DNA of 64,000 nt. Source: Octopus vulgaris. Its lineage: Eukaryota. Under the pieces are notes generated by a model. The model was not told the origin of the DNA, searched no databases, and was given only the letters and a program-made list of their open reading frames with translations. A program made the translations under genes and the position numbers. Positions 24,410 to 37,674 of the stretch are shown in pieces. Each line of letters begins with the position of its first letter. Within the stretch, counting starts at the first letter, position 1. The DNA is taken from NCBI GenBank assembly GCA_951406725.2, contig OX597814.1, forward strand, positions 203,794,001 to 203,858,000, in the 5' to 3' direction.

Positions 24410-24580
24410 ATAAAAGAGTGCCATATCATGTGAAATTGGTTGAACGATATTTCGGCATCTAGCGTGCCTTCCATAGGATCAAAAATTACATGTCAGTCTA
24501 CTTCATTTTGAACCCGTGGAAGGTACGCTAGATGCCGAAATATTGTTCGACCAATTTCACATGATATGGCACTCTTCTAT
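24410..24580. mobile_element. Palindromic insert in a (TAT)n tract with degenerate hammerhead motifs in both arms
   Basis: Arms ~24412-24484 and ~24506-24578. The + arm reads GAAC-CCGUGGAA-GGUA(CGCUAGA)UGCC-GAAA-UAUU-GUUC. Confidence 0.65.
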
Positions 24581-24606
24581 TTTTTATTATTATTATTATT
24601 ATTATT

Positions 24607-24825
24607 AAGGTGGTGAGCTGGCAGAATCATTAGTACACTCGGCAAAATGCTTAGTGGTATTTTGTTCGTCTTTACATTCTGAGTTCAAATTCCACTGAGA
24701 TCAACTTTGCCTTTCATCCTTTGGGGGTTGATAAATTAAGTACCAGTGAAATACTGGGGCTGATGTATTCAACTTGTCCACTCCCCCAAAATTTTAGGCT
24801 TTGTGCCTTTAGTAGAAAGGATTGT
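24607..24825 (+). mobile_element. SINE family B copy
   Basis: GGTGGTGAGCTGGCAGAA...GAGTTCAAATTC...CTTTGCCTTTCATCC. Confidence 0.8.
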
Positions 24826-25349
24826 TATAATTATAGTTCATTAAATTACTTTGTATTGGATTAAAAGTTGTTTCTTTGTTCAGAAAACAGAAAGACACGA
24901 CAGAGTTGCTTCCCCTTTATATTTAACCACTTTAAGAATACTACAAAATATAGAGACCGTATCTCCAGAACAAGATATTTGACTTGGAATCTATTTCTTA
25001 TGTTATAACTGTTGTTGAGTCGTTCCAATAGCATTTTCAAACGGGCAGTTTAAGTGATTGGTTTGTTCAAACAACAAAGTCTATAGGGCCAACAATAAAT
25101 CATACATTAATAGTTGTTGTTCAGCTCTGATTAAGCAGATCTGTGAACAAAGGCTTTCCAACCATGACCATCCCATCTTTTTAGGGTCATATAGGGCTAC
25201 ACTGTCAAACGTTCTTCCCTTTTTGAAGGGAGTTGCATGTGATTTGACAGAGAATTTACTGCTATTTCTAACAGGTCGAATAACCAAGTGAATGAGAAAC
25301 TCATTCATACTGAAGCCACCATGGGCTACAGCTATAAATTATACTATTT

Positions 25350-25710
25350 TCATCATCATCATCATCATCAATATTTAACATACATTTTCCATGCTGGGGC
25401 ATGGACTGGACAGTTCGACAAGAATTGGCAAGGCCAGGGGCCACACCAGGTTCCATAGTCTGTTTTGGCTTGGCTTCTATGGCTGGATGCCCTTCCAAAC
25501 GCCAGCCACTTTACAGAGTGTACTGGGTGCTTTTTATCTGGCACCATCACCAGTGCTTTTCACATGGCCCCAGCATCACTGCTTTTCATGTGACACCAGC
25601 ACCATTGCTCTTTACACGGCACCAGCATCACTGCTTTTCATGTGACACCAGCTCCATTGCTCTTTATATGGCACCAGCACCCCACACCAATGCTTTTCAT
25701 GTGGCACCTT
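25350..25710 (-). mobile_element. RTE-3'UTR-derived repeat with internal ~22/52-bp tandem units
   Basis: (CAT)n tail on +, and repeated gcaccagcatcactgcttttcatgtgacacc units. Confidence 0.7.
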
Positions 25711-26669
25711 TGTTTTAAGATCTCAATTCTCTTGTGGTGGACAGAATTTTGTTTTGCAGTGTCGGTGTCTCCTTCATTCCATCCAAGTTGGTGTGTTGTC
25801 CTGTATGAGGTTTCCTCTGTAATGTAGATGTTTCCCTCATTCCACACAAGTTGAGGTGTGTGTCCTGCAAGGTTTGTTATTGTCTAAGCTTGTTGAATCA
25901 CATCTTTAAGAAGTTCTGAGGATGGAATTTTAAGAAGTTCTGAGGATAGCTTCTTGTTAATAACTAACAGTTCTAAGCTGTCACACCTGTTGAGGGAGAC
26001 TTAACAAGCATAATACACACACTTTTAGATAAAAAAAAAATTGTCATTTATTTTTTCAATTAAGTTGCTAATCTCTTACAGAAAACTGATCAATTCTCAT
26101 TACAATATTCACAAGTTTTAAACTCCTATAAAGAAGTTTACAACTTGTGAATAACCAGATAATATTCCAAAACTAGATATTATTCACTTCGAGAGAATAT
26201 ATATTTACAAGAAACATTCCTTATGGGCTGAGGCACCATATCAATTCAATATTAATCGTCCACATGATGATACAAGCACATCTGTACAAACACATCTGTC
26301 AGTTTCAATAATGAAGATTCAGTTGTTTTCATTGAATTGCTATGTAAGTGAATGAGAATTCTATAGACATGTGTACCTTTAACAAAATCCTCACATAAAT
26401 ATCATTCATAGTGCAGTGTGTTTGTGTGTGATAAGGCTGTACTTTTGAATTAAGGTACAATCTATCTGCAGGCTTCAGCACAGTTTCTGTTAATCTATCA
26501 GTGTGGATGAATGGCAAAAAAGTTCACTTTGCTATCATGTGGCCCCATAATCAATCCCACAACAAGGCATCTTGGGGAAGTGTCTTTAGCCCTTAGCACT
26601 CGGATTATTCTGTCAAATGTGATCCTTATTTATTCACAATGTTTTTGATTAATCCTGCATTATCTCATA

Positions 26670-26841
26670 CTCTTTACTCTTTTACTTGTTTCAGTCATTT
26701 GACTGCGGCCATGCTGGAGCACCGCCTTTAGTCGAGCAAATCGACCCCAGGACTTATTCTATTGGTCTCTTTTGCCGAACCGCTAAGTGAAGGGGACATA
26801 AACACACCAGCATCGGTTGTCAAGCAATGCTAGGGGGACAA

Positions 26842-26880
<39 letters not shown>

Positions 26881-27051
26881 CATATATATGACAGGCTTCT
26901 TTCAGTTTCCGTCTAACAAATCTTCTCACAAGGCATTGGTTGGCCCGGGGCTATAGCAGAAGACACTTGCCCAAGATGCCATGCAGTGGGACTGAACCCG
27001 GAACCATGTGGTTGGTTAGCAAGCTACTTACCACACAGCCACTCCTGCACC
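26670..27051 (-). mobile_element. SINE family A copy inserted into a TTAA MITE (~26586-27196)
   Basis: The MITE halves ...cattatctcata | tagctttgag... flank the SINE. Confidence 0.85.
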
Positions 27052-30000
27052 TATAGCTTTGAGATTTTGATGTTATCACTTTATTTTTGGAATGACATTG
27101 TAGGATAGATGTGAGAAGCCCAATATGGCTGGCCTGAACATAAAACATAGAATATTTGGGGGCTGGATATGGCTGGTCTAAGTGCTAAAAGGTTAAACAC
27201 TGCCCCAGGTCAACCCAAGCTTTATGACAATAGTAAATATAACAATACAATGCTACATACATACATTTCTGTGTGTGTGTGTGTGTGTGTGATTACATTA
27301 ATGATACATAAAATACTAAATGATAAAAGCACAAACTGTATAATAGCAGGGATAAAGATGCGAACAGCCCCACGTCAGCCCTAACATGAAAGGTATTCCT
27401 TCTGGGACTATCCTGTTCACCTTTTGTGCATTGTAGATCTAGGACTAGAATATTCAACATGTCCTTCCTTTATCAAGGTAATAGGATTTGTCTGCTATTT
27501 CTAGTAAGATCAATAAACAAATGGAGCCTATAAATTGTACAGCACTTTAATATTACAGTCTACACACAGACATGGATGTGTGTGTGTGTGTGTGCATACA
27601 GTACTGCATCTCACAGTAATATTACAGACTAACATGGAAGCCTCCACTAGTACACACACACACACAAAATTAGGAAACAGAATTCTGCCCTGGGAAAGAA
27701 ACTACAGAAATTGAATAAAATAATTTTTTTATCATATCTCTAAAGAAAAGCATCTCTGTATTATGTTTGTATATCATATACAAGATTAAGATATGTGGAA
27801 ACCAAAGAGATATCAGGAAACGAGAGAGAGAGAGAGAGTGAGAAAGATATATTCAGATACATAATTTTTTTAATATTTTGTCCATGAATTTTGTATTTTG
27901 ATTGTAATTGTATTGTCTGTCTGTCACTATGTCTGGATTTAGTTTTGTTGGTAAACTGCTGAAAATGACATCATTTTGGGTATGCATTATGACACTGAGT
28001 GAAATGACAAAAAGATATAACAAAGGGCTTATTTAAACAATCACCTGAGGAAGCACATTTTACACCTTGGAGGGATGATAATGATTACACAACACCTCAC
28101 CAATGTACTAAAGATGTAAAAATGTGTCGAAACAATTGTAGTGATTTTAAATAAAGAATGTTATTCATTTCAGTTTCTATCTATATATATATATATATAC
28201 ACACACATACACACACACACACACAGCGGCATCAGTAATCAACATCAAAATGCATATCAAGATGCAAAATCTGCAGGGTGCACTGTATCTACCATAAAAT
28301 CTTGAAACCCTTTTTTCATAATCTTCAGTTCCCTCTACACATGCTCTGAAGAAGGAAAGCTTTATTAACTTTGAAATACTTAATTACCAGATGGTTTGAA
28401 GCTCATTACAGGCACTCCAAGCTCGCCCTTTGTATGTAAGGAAGTCTTTCTTACAAGCAACACAGGTGTTTCATATATCTCTGATATATAAATAGTAACC
28501 CTGTGACAAATGACTGGGTTCTTTTGTCTTTCATAAAGACAACAATCACTAACAATTATCTCGTGCATTTTGATCTGAGAACTAGCAAAGTTTTAATTAT
28601 TGGTTTTACTTTCATATTTTTGTTTCCAGCTGATTTTATATAACTAAATATATTTCTTGCTTTGTTCTATCAAAACAGCTTCAGTAATAAGTTGTCCAGC
28701 AGCGATTTAAACATAAGCACACACCCACATTTATTGAATGAAATAAGACAGACATAATGATGTGGATATGTTTGAGATTTGTTGTTTCAGATAATCCTGC
28801 AGCTGATCAGAGATGTAAATTCTTAATGATATAGCAGACACAGTGAGACACACACAGACACACCTTATATATATACATACACAGCTGTCATTAACAAAAC
28901 ATTCACTCAAATAATCTCAAGCAACTCGATTCTCCAACGTTTATTGGGATATCAAAGTAATGATAAAATAAATCTTAAATTAATCCAATTAGTTATTGAT
29001 GCATTGATAGATTATAGATCTGATAAAAACCAGTTCAATAGGAATGAGGATATACTTTTATTGGAAACTTGATTTTCCAATAATTCAAAAATGGACAACT
29101 TCTTCCCATTCACTCCACAAATCAACAGTCATGGGGTAACATTTAAGGGCTAAAGATTTTGAATTTCTACCAGACCTTATCCCTTGCCTGGCTTAGAACT
29201 TAGTTTAGAGAGGTCAATTCTGTTGCAAGCATTCAGGTCCCAGATTTTAAGATAGCTTTCTCCCTTCTTTCTGCCAGAGACAGAAACCCTGCAAAGGGTC
29301 AGTGATGTGCTTTACCCCTCCTATAAAACATCATTAAAAAAATCAAAATCTTGCTGTCTGAGGGAATAAAAAACTGTTACCCTCAAATACTAAGTGTTTA
29401 TTTGTTTGTTGGAAGAATGTATTGGTAAATTATTGTTAATGGGGAGGCAGGGGTCATCAAAAAACTTCAAGAAAAACAGAAAGCTAAAACTATTTGATCA
29501 ATTACCATTCATCATATTTAGGTTTTATTTATTCAGTAATTTATAAGACAAGATCAAAAAGGTTCTAAGAAACTTGATAACACAAAATAAATATTGACTG
29601 AAGTCATTGGCTTGAAACATCTTTCCTTTGTTAGAAAAGTTTACAGTATTAGAGAGACTGTAACACTGCATTGTGAAGATTTATTAACATCATTTTGGAA
29701 CAGGGATTATTACCATTTCAATAAGAATGGTAATGTTAGTAACCATTCAGAAAATCAATGGAAATCAGTACTAGTTTGAAAAGTAGAATACACACACACA
29801 CACTTAAAACAATGCCAAATTCTTATTCACAGATTATATGACAAGATATATTTGGTAGAGCCCATGAGCTTTGCAGGCCCTCAAAGAGCACTGAGGTTGA
29901 TGCCACCTTCAATGTTCCACTTAAAATACTGCAGGTCAGTGCCTACAGGAAAGACATGAACAGGGAGAAGGTTCCAGAGGGATAATGTCCTGGGGAGAAA

Positions 30001-30654
30001 GGACAGGGAGGCGCGTTAGTGCTTAGTTTAGGAAAGTGGGGGGGGCACAAAAAAGAATTATGTGAGATGGTGACCCTAGTGAATCACAAGTATAATTCGA
30101 AAACATAGAATTAAAACTATAACTTCCTTTCCAGCTTTTAGCTAGCTTCCACATTTGTGGATGATTTCAGAGAAATAGGATAGGATAGACAGGGGATAGT
30201 TTAATTGCTATGTAATGGGCATACTGAATGAAAGAAAGAAATGAGCTGAAAGGTGTATATACACACACAAGGTTGGGAATTTTATATGAGAGCAATCTAT
30301 ACATTTTAATCATTATTTAATGCCTGTCCTCCATGCTGACATGGGTTGGACGGTTCGATAGGATCCAGAAAACTAGAAGGCTGCATTGAGCCTCCAATAT
30401 CTATTTTGGCAAGGATTTTATGAGTGAATACCTTCCCTAATGCCAACCATTTTATAGCATGTTATGGACTTTTCTTTTCATGGCATTGGGACTAAGTGGG
30501 GTCACCAAGTAACTCACATGTCCCCCACCCAAAGTGAGTGGGGGTATGTAATATGAAAAATAATGTGAGATGATTCACTGTCAAAAAGAAGTTGACAAAA
30601 TTGTGTCATATAATTACAAAAAGTGAGGAATTTAAAATAAATATGTATCCTTAC

Positions 30655-30840
30655 CCCAGGTCTTGGAAGGGATTGATAAACATGCTTCTCCATCTTGCCT
30701 TGGCACACATCATTAACTTCTTTCACTAAAATTGAGAGTTCATTGATTTGACCTTCCCAAGCTTTAGCAAAAACATCCAAGTTTCCCTCAGCAATACGAC
30801 TGCCAGGGTACTGAGAAAAAGTCTGGGCGGCATTTAAAAG
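30655..30840 (-). CDS. CTNNAL1: Alpha-catulin exon
   Basis: ttttactttcag| LLNAAQTFSQYPGSRIAEGNLDVFAKAWEGQINELSILVKEVNDVCQGKMEKHVYQSLPRPG |gtaagg. Confidence 0.95.
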
Positions 30841-31715
30841 CTGAAAGTAAAATGAACATACATGATTAGAACAAAATCTAATATTGGGAAAAGACGAAAA
30901 ATCTTGACATCTTAACAATGAAATTAATCTTAAGCTTGTGTGCATAATCCCCCCTCCCACCACCACCACCACCATTAAGCTTTGCTTCTCTTGCTGTCAT
31001 TGGTTGGATAGGTTATCACAGTCCAAGTCAGTTCTTAATCAGAATAACAAACTTCTTAGATAGGTTGAAGGACAGTGTCTGATTTGTACATTCCATTTTG
31101 GCACAGTTTCTATGCCTGGTCACCTCTCCAATTTGCAAGGCATGCTGGGCCCATATAAAGAGGTCTGTCATGCCATTGATTAGACTAAACGGTCCTCTTT
31201 GACCAGACGTAATAAACCGTCCATTGCATGTGAATATGGAAAGTGGACATAAAAGGATAATGATGTATATATGAATATTGTGTGGAGGTCACTAGAAAAT
31301 TCCCACAAACCAGTTATTGATATTGATGCATTTAATGGGTGTGTCTCAAGTGATTAAGTAACAATTTGTTGCAGAAGTAATTCTCTCTTCAGCAATTAAT
31401 TACAAACAAAATATTTCATCTGTAATAGACTAAAATGAATGGGACTTGTGTAACAAAATGGTTACATAACCATTTGAAACATCAAAAATTGGCCAGTGAT
31501 GATTTCCTAATAATATACAGCTCACATTAATAACAACCTGTCTTATCCCTGCTTGGATAATACAGTTGTAACACAATGTAGGTTAAGAGATGAAATGTTG
31601 ATCTCAACACTGAAAATATCTGGTTAAGAGTACTGCATCAAGCATACTACTGAATGTGTGTGTGTGTGTGTGTGCATGCGTGACTAATAAACTGTCCAAG
31701 CCATTCTTTTATTCT

Positions 31716-31896
31716 TTTCTCATTTTAGTCATTTGACTGCAGCCATGCTGGAGCACCACCTTTAGTCAAACAAACTGACTCCAAGACTTATCCTTTGTAA
31801 GCCTAGTGCTTATTCTACCAGTCTGTTTTGCTGATCCGCTAAGTTACAGAGATGTAAACACACCAACATCAGTTGTCAAGTGAGGTGGGGGGACAA

Positions 31897-31929
<33 letters not shown>

Positions 31930-32080
31930 ACGGGTTTCTTTCAGTTTCTGTCTATCAAATCCACTCACAAGGCATCGGTTGGCCCAAGACTATAGTAGAA
32001 GACAGTTGCCCAAGGTACCATGGAGTGGGATTGAAACTGGAACTGTATGCTTGGGAAGCAAGCTTCTTACCACACAGCCA
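31716..32080 (-). mobile_element. SINE family A copy
   Basis: Similarity to 976-1342. Confidence 0.8.
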
Positions 32081-32678
32081 GAAAATATTTTATTTTCAGT
32101 TCCTAAATTTTAGAAACAGATCACAGATTAATGCTTGGTATTGAAGAGAATAAGATTAGAATAGAAAAAAAAAGAAGCTAAGTTAGCAAATACTGGAAGA
32201 CAGTACAGCAACAAGTTATTATGGGAATCTTCTGTTCACTATAAACAATAATTAGCCACCAATATTCAAATGACTTCATGCCTTAATTAGAACATTCTTG
32301 CATCTTTTTACGCTTATTTTTAAAGAAATAAGCAAGTTTAGGTTTTATAGCATTTCAAAAAACAAAAAAGAAAAAAAAGAAAAAAGCACATTATTGTATA
32401 ATAAAATAATTTGATAGGTTCTATAAAAACACTAATCCAAAGAGTGGATTTCCCACCTCCAAGTGGACATGTGTTGTCACATTAGGGGACAATTGCTATT
32501 GAATTAATCAAAGATAGACCATCCTCATTTTCTATTGCAGTGTTTAGTCGAACATATAATTGCTGACAATCTAAACACAGTCTCTAGTCTCCCGACCAAC
32601 ATGTGTTGTGTCAGAAACAAAAGGATCACTGCTGGTGACAGATTTTTCTGGCACCAAACACGTCACTAAACAAGGGGG

Positions 32679-32727
<49 letters not shown>

Positions 32728-32780
32728 GTCTTTTTATGTTGATTTATATTAGAAATATTTCAACATTAATCCAACATTAA

Positions 32781-33001
32781 CCCTTTTGTTACTGTATTTA
32801 TTTTGAGATGTTCTGTGTTTCTTTCAATTGCTTTAAATATAACAAAGAATTTAGTAAAATAACTTAGTTATCATTAAGCTAGTTTTAGGAACATAAATTG
32901 TGACTAAGGTTTGGTGGAAGATTTTAATTCAAAACTTATGAAGACAAGACATTTGTACTACAGAGCCAGAGCCAGTTTCAGCTGGGTTGGTAACAAAAAG
33001 G
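32781..33001 (-). mobile_element. piggyBac-type MITE
   Basis: TTAA flanks; reverse complement of the 18714-18933 family. Confidence 0.85.
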
Positions 33002-33149
33002 TTAATCAATACTGCTTGTAGAGTACAGAGCTTTTATATTTGTGCACAAAGAAGGATGACAGTAACTTTGAAGTTCCAGCTTGCTAGAAAGTCCAACAAA
33101 AGCTAGCAGGCTGGCAGTTCAAAGTCACTATCAGCCCTCTTCTAGTAAA

Positions 33150-34110
33150 AGTATTATAACAGAGAAACTAGCTTTTATTTGTGGAAGATGTGCAGGTGCA
33201 TTAAACACCAGGAATGTACATAAAATAGACTCCCTCAAATGTCTGGGGTTGGATGGGGGGATATTTAGAAGTGGTAGACAGTTTCTGTCACTTAGTTAGC
33301 AGTAGAGGAGTTAGTTCTGAAAGTGTAGCTGCTAGAATAAGAATGAGCTGGGCAAAGTTCAGAGAGCTGCTACCTTTGTTGGCAAGAAAGGGCCTCTCCC
33401 TCAGAGTGAAAGGCAGACTGTATGACGTTTGTGTACAAACAGCTATGCTACATGGCAGTAAGACATGGGCTGTGACTACTGAGGGCATGCAAGGGCTTGA
33501 AAGGAAAGAAGTCAGCATGCTCTGCTGGATGGGTAATGTCAGTGTGCATACACAATAGAGTGTAAGTGATTTGAGAGAAAAATTGGGAGTATGAGGCATC
33601 AGATGTAGTGTGCCAGAGAGAAGACTGTGCTGGTGTGGTAATGTGATGAAGACAGCTGAATCAAGAATTTCCGATCTCTAATTGTGGAGGGACATGTAGA
33701 TGGGGTAGACCCAGGAAGAAAGGATCTTCAGATGTTGGGCTTCACAGAGGAAGGAGATGACAAGGAACCAAGACTTGTGACAGTTTACTGTACTTGAGGA
33801 GACATAAAAATAATAATAATGAAATTATTGTATACAGTGCTCAGGCACCACAAACATGTCAAGTTAAGTACAATTGTGGCTGTCTTGGCATACGGGCATG
33901 TCCTCTACATCCCTCTCTCAGCCAAGAGATCCTAGTCTTGCGGACTTGTGACTGCCAGCGCCCCGTGAAAGTGCCCATTGCTCTCTGTAAGGTGTAGAAA
34001 CCACGCCAAAACAGACAAACAGACCTCAGGTAGCTCTCCAGCTGGCCCCAACTCCTGTCAAACTGTCCAATCCTTGCCAGCATGGAAAATGGATGTTAAA
34101 TGATGATGGT
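33150..34110 (+). mobile_element. RTE LINE 3' fragment with part of its 3'UTR
   Basis: LEVVDSFCHL...ARIRMSWAKFRELLPLLARKGLSLRVKGRLYD...MLHGSKTW; ends in a gatgatg tail. Confidence 0.8.
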
Positions 34111-34117
34111 GTGTGCA

Positions 34118-34164
<47 letters not shown>

Positions 34165-34205
34165 CATATAGTAAAATAAGAAATAGAAAATCATTAGTAC
34201 AGCAT

Positions 34206-34352
34206 TATATATTTGAAAAAAATGAATAAAAAAGGCTTTTTGGATAATTTTTCTACTTTAATAATTAGATGTTTTGTAACTTTTAAGCAGCAAATTATTA
34301 AAGTGGAAAAATTATCAGAAAAGCCATTTCTATTCATTTTTTCAAATATATA
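34206..34352. repeat. AT-rich imperfect palindrome between microsatellites
   Basis: tatttgaaaaaaatgaataaaaaaggc...actttaataatt / aattattaaagt...gccatttctattcattttttcaaata. Confidence 0.8.
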
Positions 34353-35063
34353 TATACACATATACATACGTCTGTCTGTCTGCATGCATGCATGCATGCA
34401 TGCATGCATGCATGTATGTATGTATGTATGCATGTATGTATGTGTATTTACAAGTGTGTGTGTGTATTTACATACATACATATGTACACACACAAAAGGC
34501 AGCAATTCAGTAATAGAATCCGGTGCAAGTAAATTATTTGCTCAACTATAAATGCCTGAAATGATTCACAAGTGTTAACAGTTTTGTTCAGCAGTTACTC
34601 TCATTTAGTTCTGTTACCTTTCCTTTTTTCTTTTCTCATTTTTCTTTTCCCCACACAGAGATGGAAATCCCCTGTGACAAAACAGCAGTTGAGTGTAACA
34701 AATGTTCTGCAGAGCCAGCAGCAATGAACACAACTTTCTCAAGAGATTCACAATGTTAAGTTAGTGACATACAAAAGATCATAATCTTTATCTGATTGGT
34801 CTACCAGCTGTCAACAACTACCTTCTCCCATATATTGTCTAATATATTTAACCTGCAACATCAGGCTCAGATATTTTAACTGTTTTATGTACAAACTGGC
34901 TAGATCAGGCCTCTCACATCCACCCCACAAGGTCATTTAAAACAAACAGTCTCATCACTGAAATCTCAAATAATCTGAATGCTAAAGGGTTAAAAGTTCC
35001 ACCAGAAATCTCATACTACCCATTGTGCACCTATTGCAATTGTGTTTTGTCTAATATAAATGC

Positions 35064-35335
35064 ACTTGACTGGACTTGAGACAGCATCCACCCGGGGTGG
35101 GTTGAGCTGGCTTCATTCATCCTCAATGCTGCATCTCTCACAAACGCTGACCAGGCCTGGCGATTTGAGGCTAACGACCGCGTGATCTCCAACCACTCCT
35201 TATTTTAGCGGCGAACACCGTAGATATGGGGGCCTAGGTTGGGTTCCAGATCAGCCTTTGACTGTCATCAGCCAGGTTTTTCATTGTCCACCACATTGCT
35301 TTTGCCAACCCTGAAGGGGAGCTGCTGCACTAAAC
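35064..35335 (-). mobile_element. 3' end of a second, GC-richer RTE-family LINE
   Basis: Translates roughly GGQ*KTWLMTVK(fs)DLEPNLGPHIYGVRR*NKEWLEITRSLASNRQAWSAFVRDA...SQVQ and has a CAAGT-type tail. Confidence 0.7.
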
Positions 35336-35775
35336 ATGCAGCAATGCAGTAAATATTGAAGCATTGTGTTTAGCCTTTTGATACCGTTCCATCTGTGACC
35401 ATCCCTGTTTCTATGATATAAGCTTACTGTTTTAAAATGATCTTAATCAAAATCATCGAAACCTTCCATAAACCGGCTTAATAATAATAATGACAAAGTT
35501 ATTTTACTAAATTATTTAATTAGTTTCAAAACTGATTGAAATAAAGGCAGTGTATTTCAACAAAAATTTAATAACGAAAGGGTTAATTTAACCGATTCCA
35601 TAAAATCATTGCAAATCATGTAAACCAGTATTAAAAAAAAAAGATTGATGTTTATATAAGAAAAATTTCTTTATTGTGAACATTCATCAGTTCTGGTTGG
35701 GATGACCAAAGGAATGTCTATGATCACTCATAAATTACATAATTACCTAAAACAATTAGTCAAAACATGGTACTT

Positions 35776-36005
35776 ATTTCTTTATTACCCACAAGGGGCT
35801 AAACATAGAGGGGACAAACAAGGACAGACAAAGGTATTAAGTCGATTACATCGACCCCAGTGCGTAACTGGTACTTAATTTATCAACCCCGAAAGGATGA
35901 AAGACAAAGTCGACCTCGGTGGTATTTGAACTCAGAACGTAGCGGCAGACGAAATACCACTAAGCATTTCGCCCGGTGTGCTAACGATTCTGCCAGCTTG
36001 CCACC
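35776..36005 (-). mobile_element. Young SINE family B copy with a ~20-bp TSD
   Basis: tta(g/a)tcaaaaca(t/c)ggtactt at 35756-35775 and 36006-36025; CpGs are retained. Confidence 0.9.
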
Positions 36006-36926
36006 TTAATCAAAACACGGTACTTGCCACCAAGTCATACTTGTAATTGCTGACTTACATAGTATCTGCTTAACAGAAGTGGACACCTTACCCGATGTAA
36101 TGGTTCAGGAGACCAGCTACAGAATATTCCTCCTCAAGTATGGCAAACACAGAGTCGTTATTACCACACTCAGAAACCTGATCCAATCAAGTTAGCTCTT
36201 TGTATTTGTGTCAGCATCCACCTGAAAAGAGTTGAGTCAGCTCCACCCAGGGAATACACAGCATCGCTAATGGAAGCTGGCCGTGTTTGGTAATCAAAAC
36301 ATGCAACATGGAGACAATCAACCAAAGGATTAGATATTAATTCAAAACCTGTTTCTCATTACTAATCCAGATTTCCAGTGTCCACTTCATTGTTTACATA
36401 ATCCCAGGAAGGGATCTGCATCACGGACGAATTGCCTTGGGATGGGGTGGGGGGCAGAATGTGTGACCAAACTATGTTCATCAAATTACTGGCGCCAAAC
36501 TTAAATAACTGGAACTATTTGTAGGATTTTCTCACAGAAAATATTTCAACCATAAACTTCTTCAATATCAAATGACTTTGGGAACACCAGCCATTTCGCA
36601 GGTTTGTAAGTTAACTATTAAATCCTAATATGCTCTAATTAATATCTTCATGCTAATGAGGAACCAGGCAGAGAGAGAGAGAGAGAGAGATTTATGAAGC
36701 AATTCACAGAAAACTGGAACTTAAAAACAGATGGAAACATTTAAATATTTATTTTTACTTTATTTTAGCCATCATGATTTTTAGCTAGGGTTACCCGTGA
36801 TGAAATATGCTGGAGAATAAATTTAAAAACAACCTGAGAATTTTGTAAAACTTTGAAATGATGTACAATTGACAGACAGGTATTTCAGTTGAAAATAATA
36901 AGAAGAAAGAATGATATTTTACTTAC

Positions 36927-37019
36927 CAATGGACATGTAACATGAATAACAGATTCATTGTGTTCTGCTGTGATAATGAGGGGACCAGTATTAGCTATAT
37001 GGCGTAAGAGCTTGCACAC
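36927..37019 (-). CDS. CTNNAL1: Alpha-catulin exon (AAG acceptor)
   Basis: ttcccttcttctatcaag| VCKLLRHIANTGPLIITAEHNESVIHVTCPL |gtaagt; matches catulin CRLLRHI..T.PL.IT. Confidence 0.92.
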
Positions 37020-37674
37020 CTTGATAGAAGAAGGGAAAGAAAGAAAAAAAGATATTAGATACATTAAGGTGACATATTAAAATACTCAAGAACTTTGGAG
37101 GTTCAGTTAGAAGTTTAGACATTTCATTTCATTTATATATATATATATATAATTTTAATATTTCCCTTTGGCATTGCAATGCTAATAACCTGGTGTTGAA
37201 GCATATAAAAATGTTAATCATCAAAAGAATTCTATCAAAATGAAGAACGCTGTCAACTGAAGTATGTGACCAAGGATTCTGAGTGACAGTAAAGTAATGC
37301 TGTATACAAGTAAAGAAGGGTTTAGTTATAATGGAGCAGAAGGAAAAACTACAGCTGGAAATTCCTAACAGTTTTCATGCTGAGCATTGTGTAAAGATAT
37401 CATTTTCCTTCATCTCAACAGTTTTTTTTTTTACAGAAATTACAATATTTACTCCTGTATAAATTGTATTTACCATACAAAACTTCAAATGAGAAAAATT
37501 AGGGGTGTGACTTATACATGAGACTAAAAAGACAAATCTTGTGCAAGGAATTTCATCTTTATCACAACCACCTTAGCTAATATTTCATACAGGCATAAAG
37601 CATCTTGAATAAATTGCTATGCTTGCAACATGAAAATAAAACCAAGAAAAATTAGTCTTAGTCTATTCTCTTAA

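Noticed and set aside
25540-25710. CRISPR-like repeat arrays (also 49070-49300 and 46279-46645)
   Set aside because: These are tandem units without unique spacers, in a eukaryotic context with no cas genes; the first two lie inside LINE 3'UTR copies.
28341-28385. Hammerhead-like CTGAAGAA..AAAG/CTTT..GAAA
   Set aside because: There is no convincing stem I or palindromic stem III, so it is likely chance or too decayed to call.
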